IMG/VR virus record: IMGVR_UViG_3300032290_000189 | Coordinates: 1 to 24,502 of that record | Origin: a virus | Taxonomy: Duplodnaviria; Caudoviricetes | Reading direction: 5' to 3' (one strand) | DNA length: 24,502 nucleotides | In this document: positions 24,384 to 24,502 of the stretch, piece after piece | Layout: the number at the start of each line of letters is the position of its first letter | Numbering within the stretch: the first letter of the stretch is position 1 | Program-made: the position numbers and the translations under genes | The notes under the pieces: generated by a model | The model's database searches: none | What the model was told of the DNA's origin: nothing | Seen by the model: the letters and a program-made list of their open reading frames with translations, nothing else

Positions 24384-24502
24384 AAAAAAAAAATTAGACA
24401 GGGTTGCGCTCTAGGGGACAACCTAAACCAGTGGACAAAGAGTTGCGCTCTCAGGGGGAGCATATACAACTCGCCCCCGGCCCTGGCAGGGTAGGGGGGG
24501 GG
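24384..24502. repeat. A10 tract, two GTTGCGCTCT(C)AGGGG direct repeats and terminal C/G runs; possible packaging/terminus-associated region
   Basis: A10 at 24384-24393; repeats at 24403-24417 and 24442-24457; CCCCC then G9 at window end. Confidence 0.5.

Larger units (their letters stand above)
1..24502. mobile_element. Tailed dsDNA bacteriophage (podovirus-type) genome segment: packaging, head, tail, lysis and ejection modules
   Basis: TerL, portal, scaffold, major capsid, adaptor, S74-chaperone fibre, endolysin and ejection-type genes in dense, translationally coupled order; no host housekeeping genes; no integrase or att site visible, so phage vs prophage cannot be decided. Confidence 0.97.

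Overview
The whole window is a fragment of a tailed dsDNA phage (podovirus-type, no tape measure or tail tube) covering the virion morphogenesis module. On the - strand, reading right to left, one tightly coupled late operon encodes: portal, a small protein, scaffold, a DUF5309/SU10-type major capsid protein, a small conserved protein, a GT2-like glycosyltransferase, a head-tail adaptor, several fibre/decoration proteins, a lysis cassette (two small membrane proteins plus an M15A peptidase endolysin), a nozzle/DNA-stabilisation protein, a GNAT-like protein and three ejection (internal virion) proteins. Four things stand out. (1) Two large genes in the middle of the fibre cluster (484 aa and 958 aa) carry Sec-type signal peptides and even numbers of locally paired cysteines while also containing tail-fibre-type motifs, suggesting exported, disulfide-matured virion appendages or surface proteins. 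(2) The large terminase is inverted and divergent from the portal, has no adjacent TerS, and the terL block is bracketed by a shared TTAACTATG(G/C)TTAA motif. (3) A ~235-nt hairpin-dense non-coding region with an upstream promoter-like sequence and a downstream U-tract is a candidate novel structured RNA or ssDNA element. (4) A glycosyltransferase sits next to the capsid gene and near a Ser/Thr/Ala-rich repeat protein. All family assignments are by motif recognition; no searches were run.
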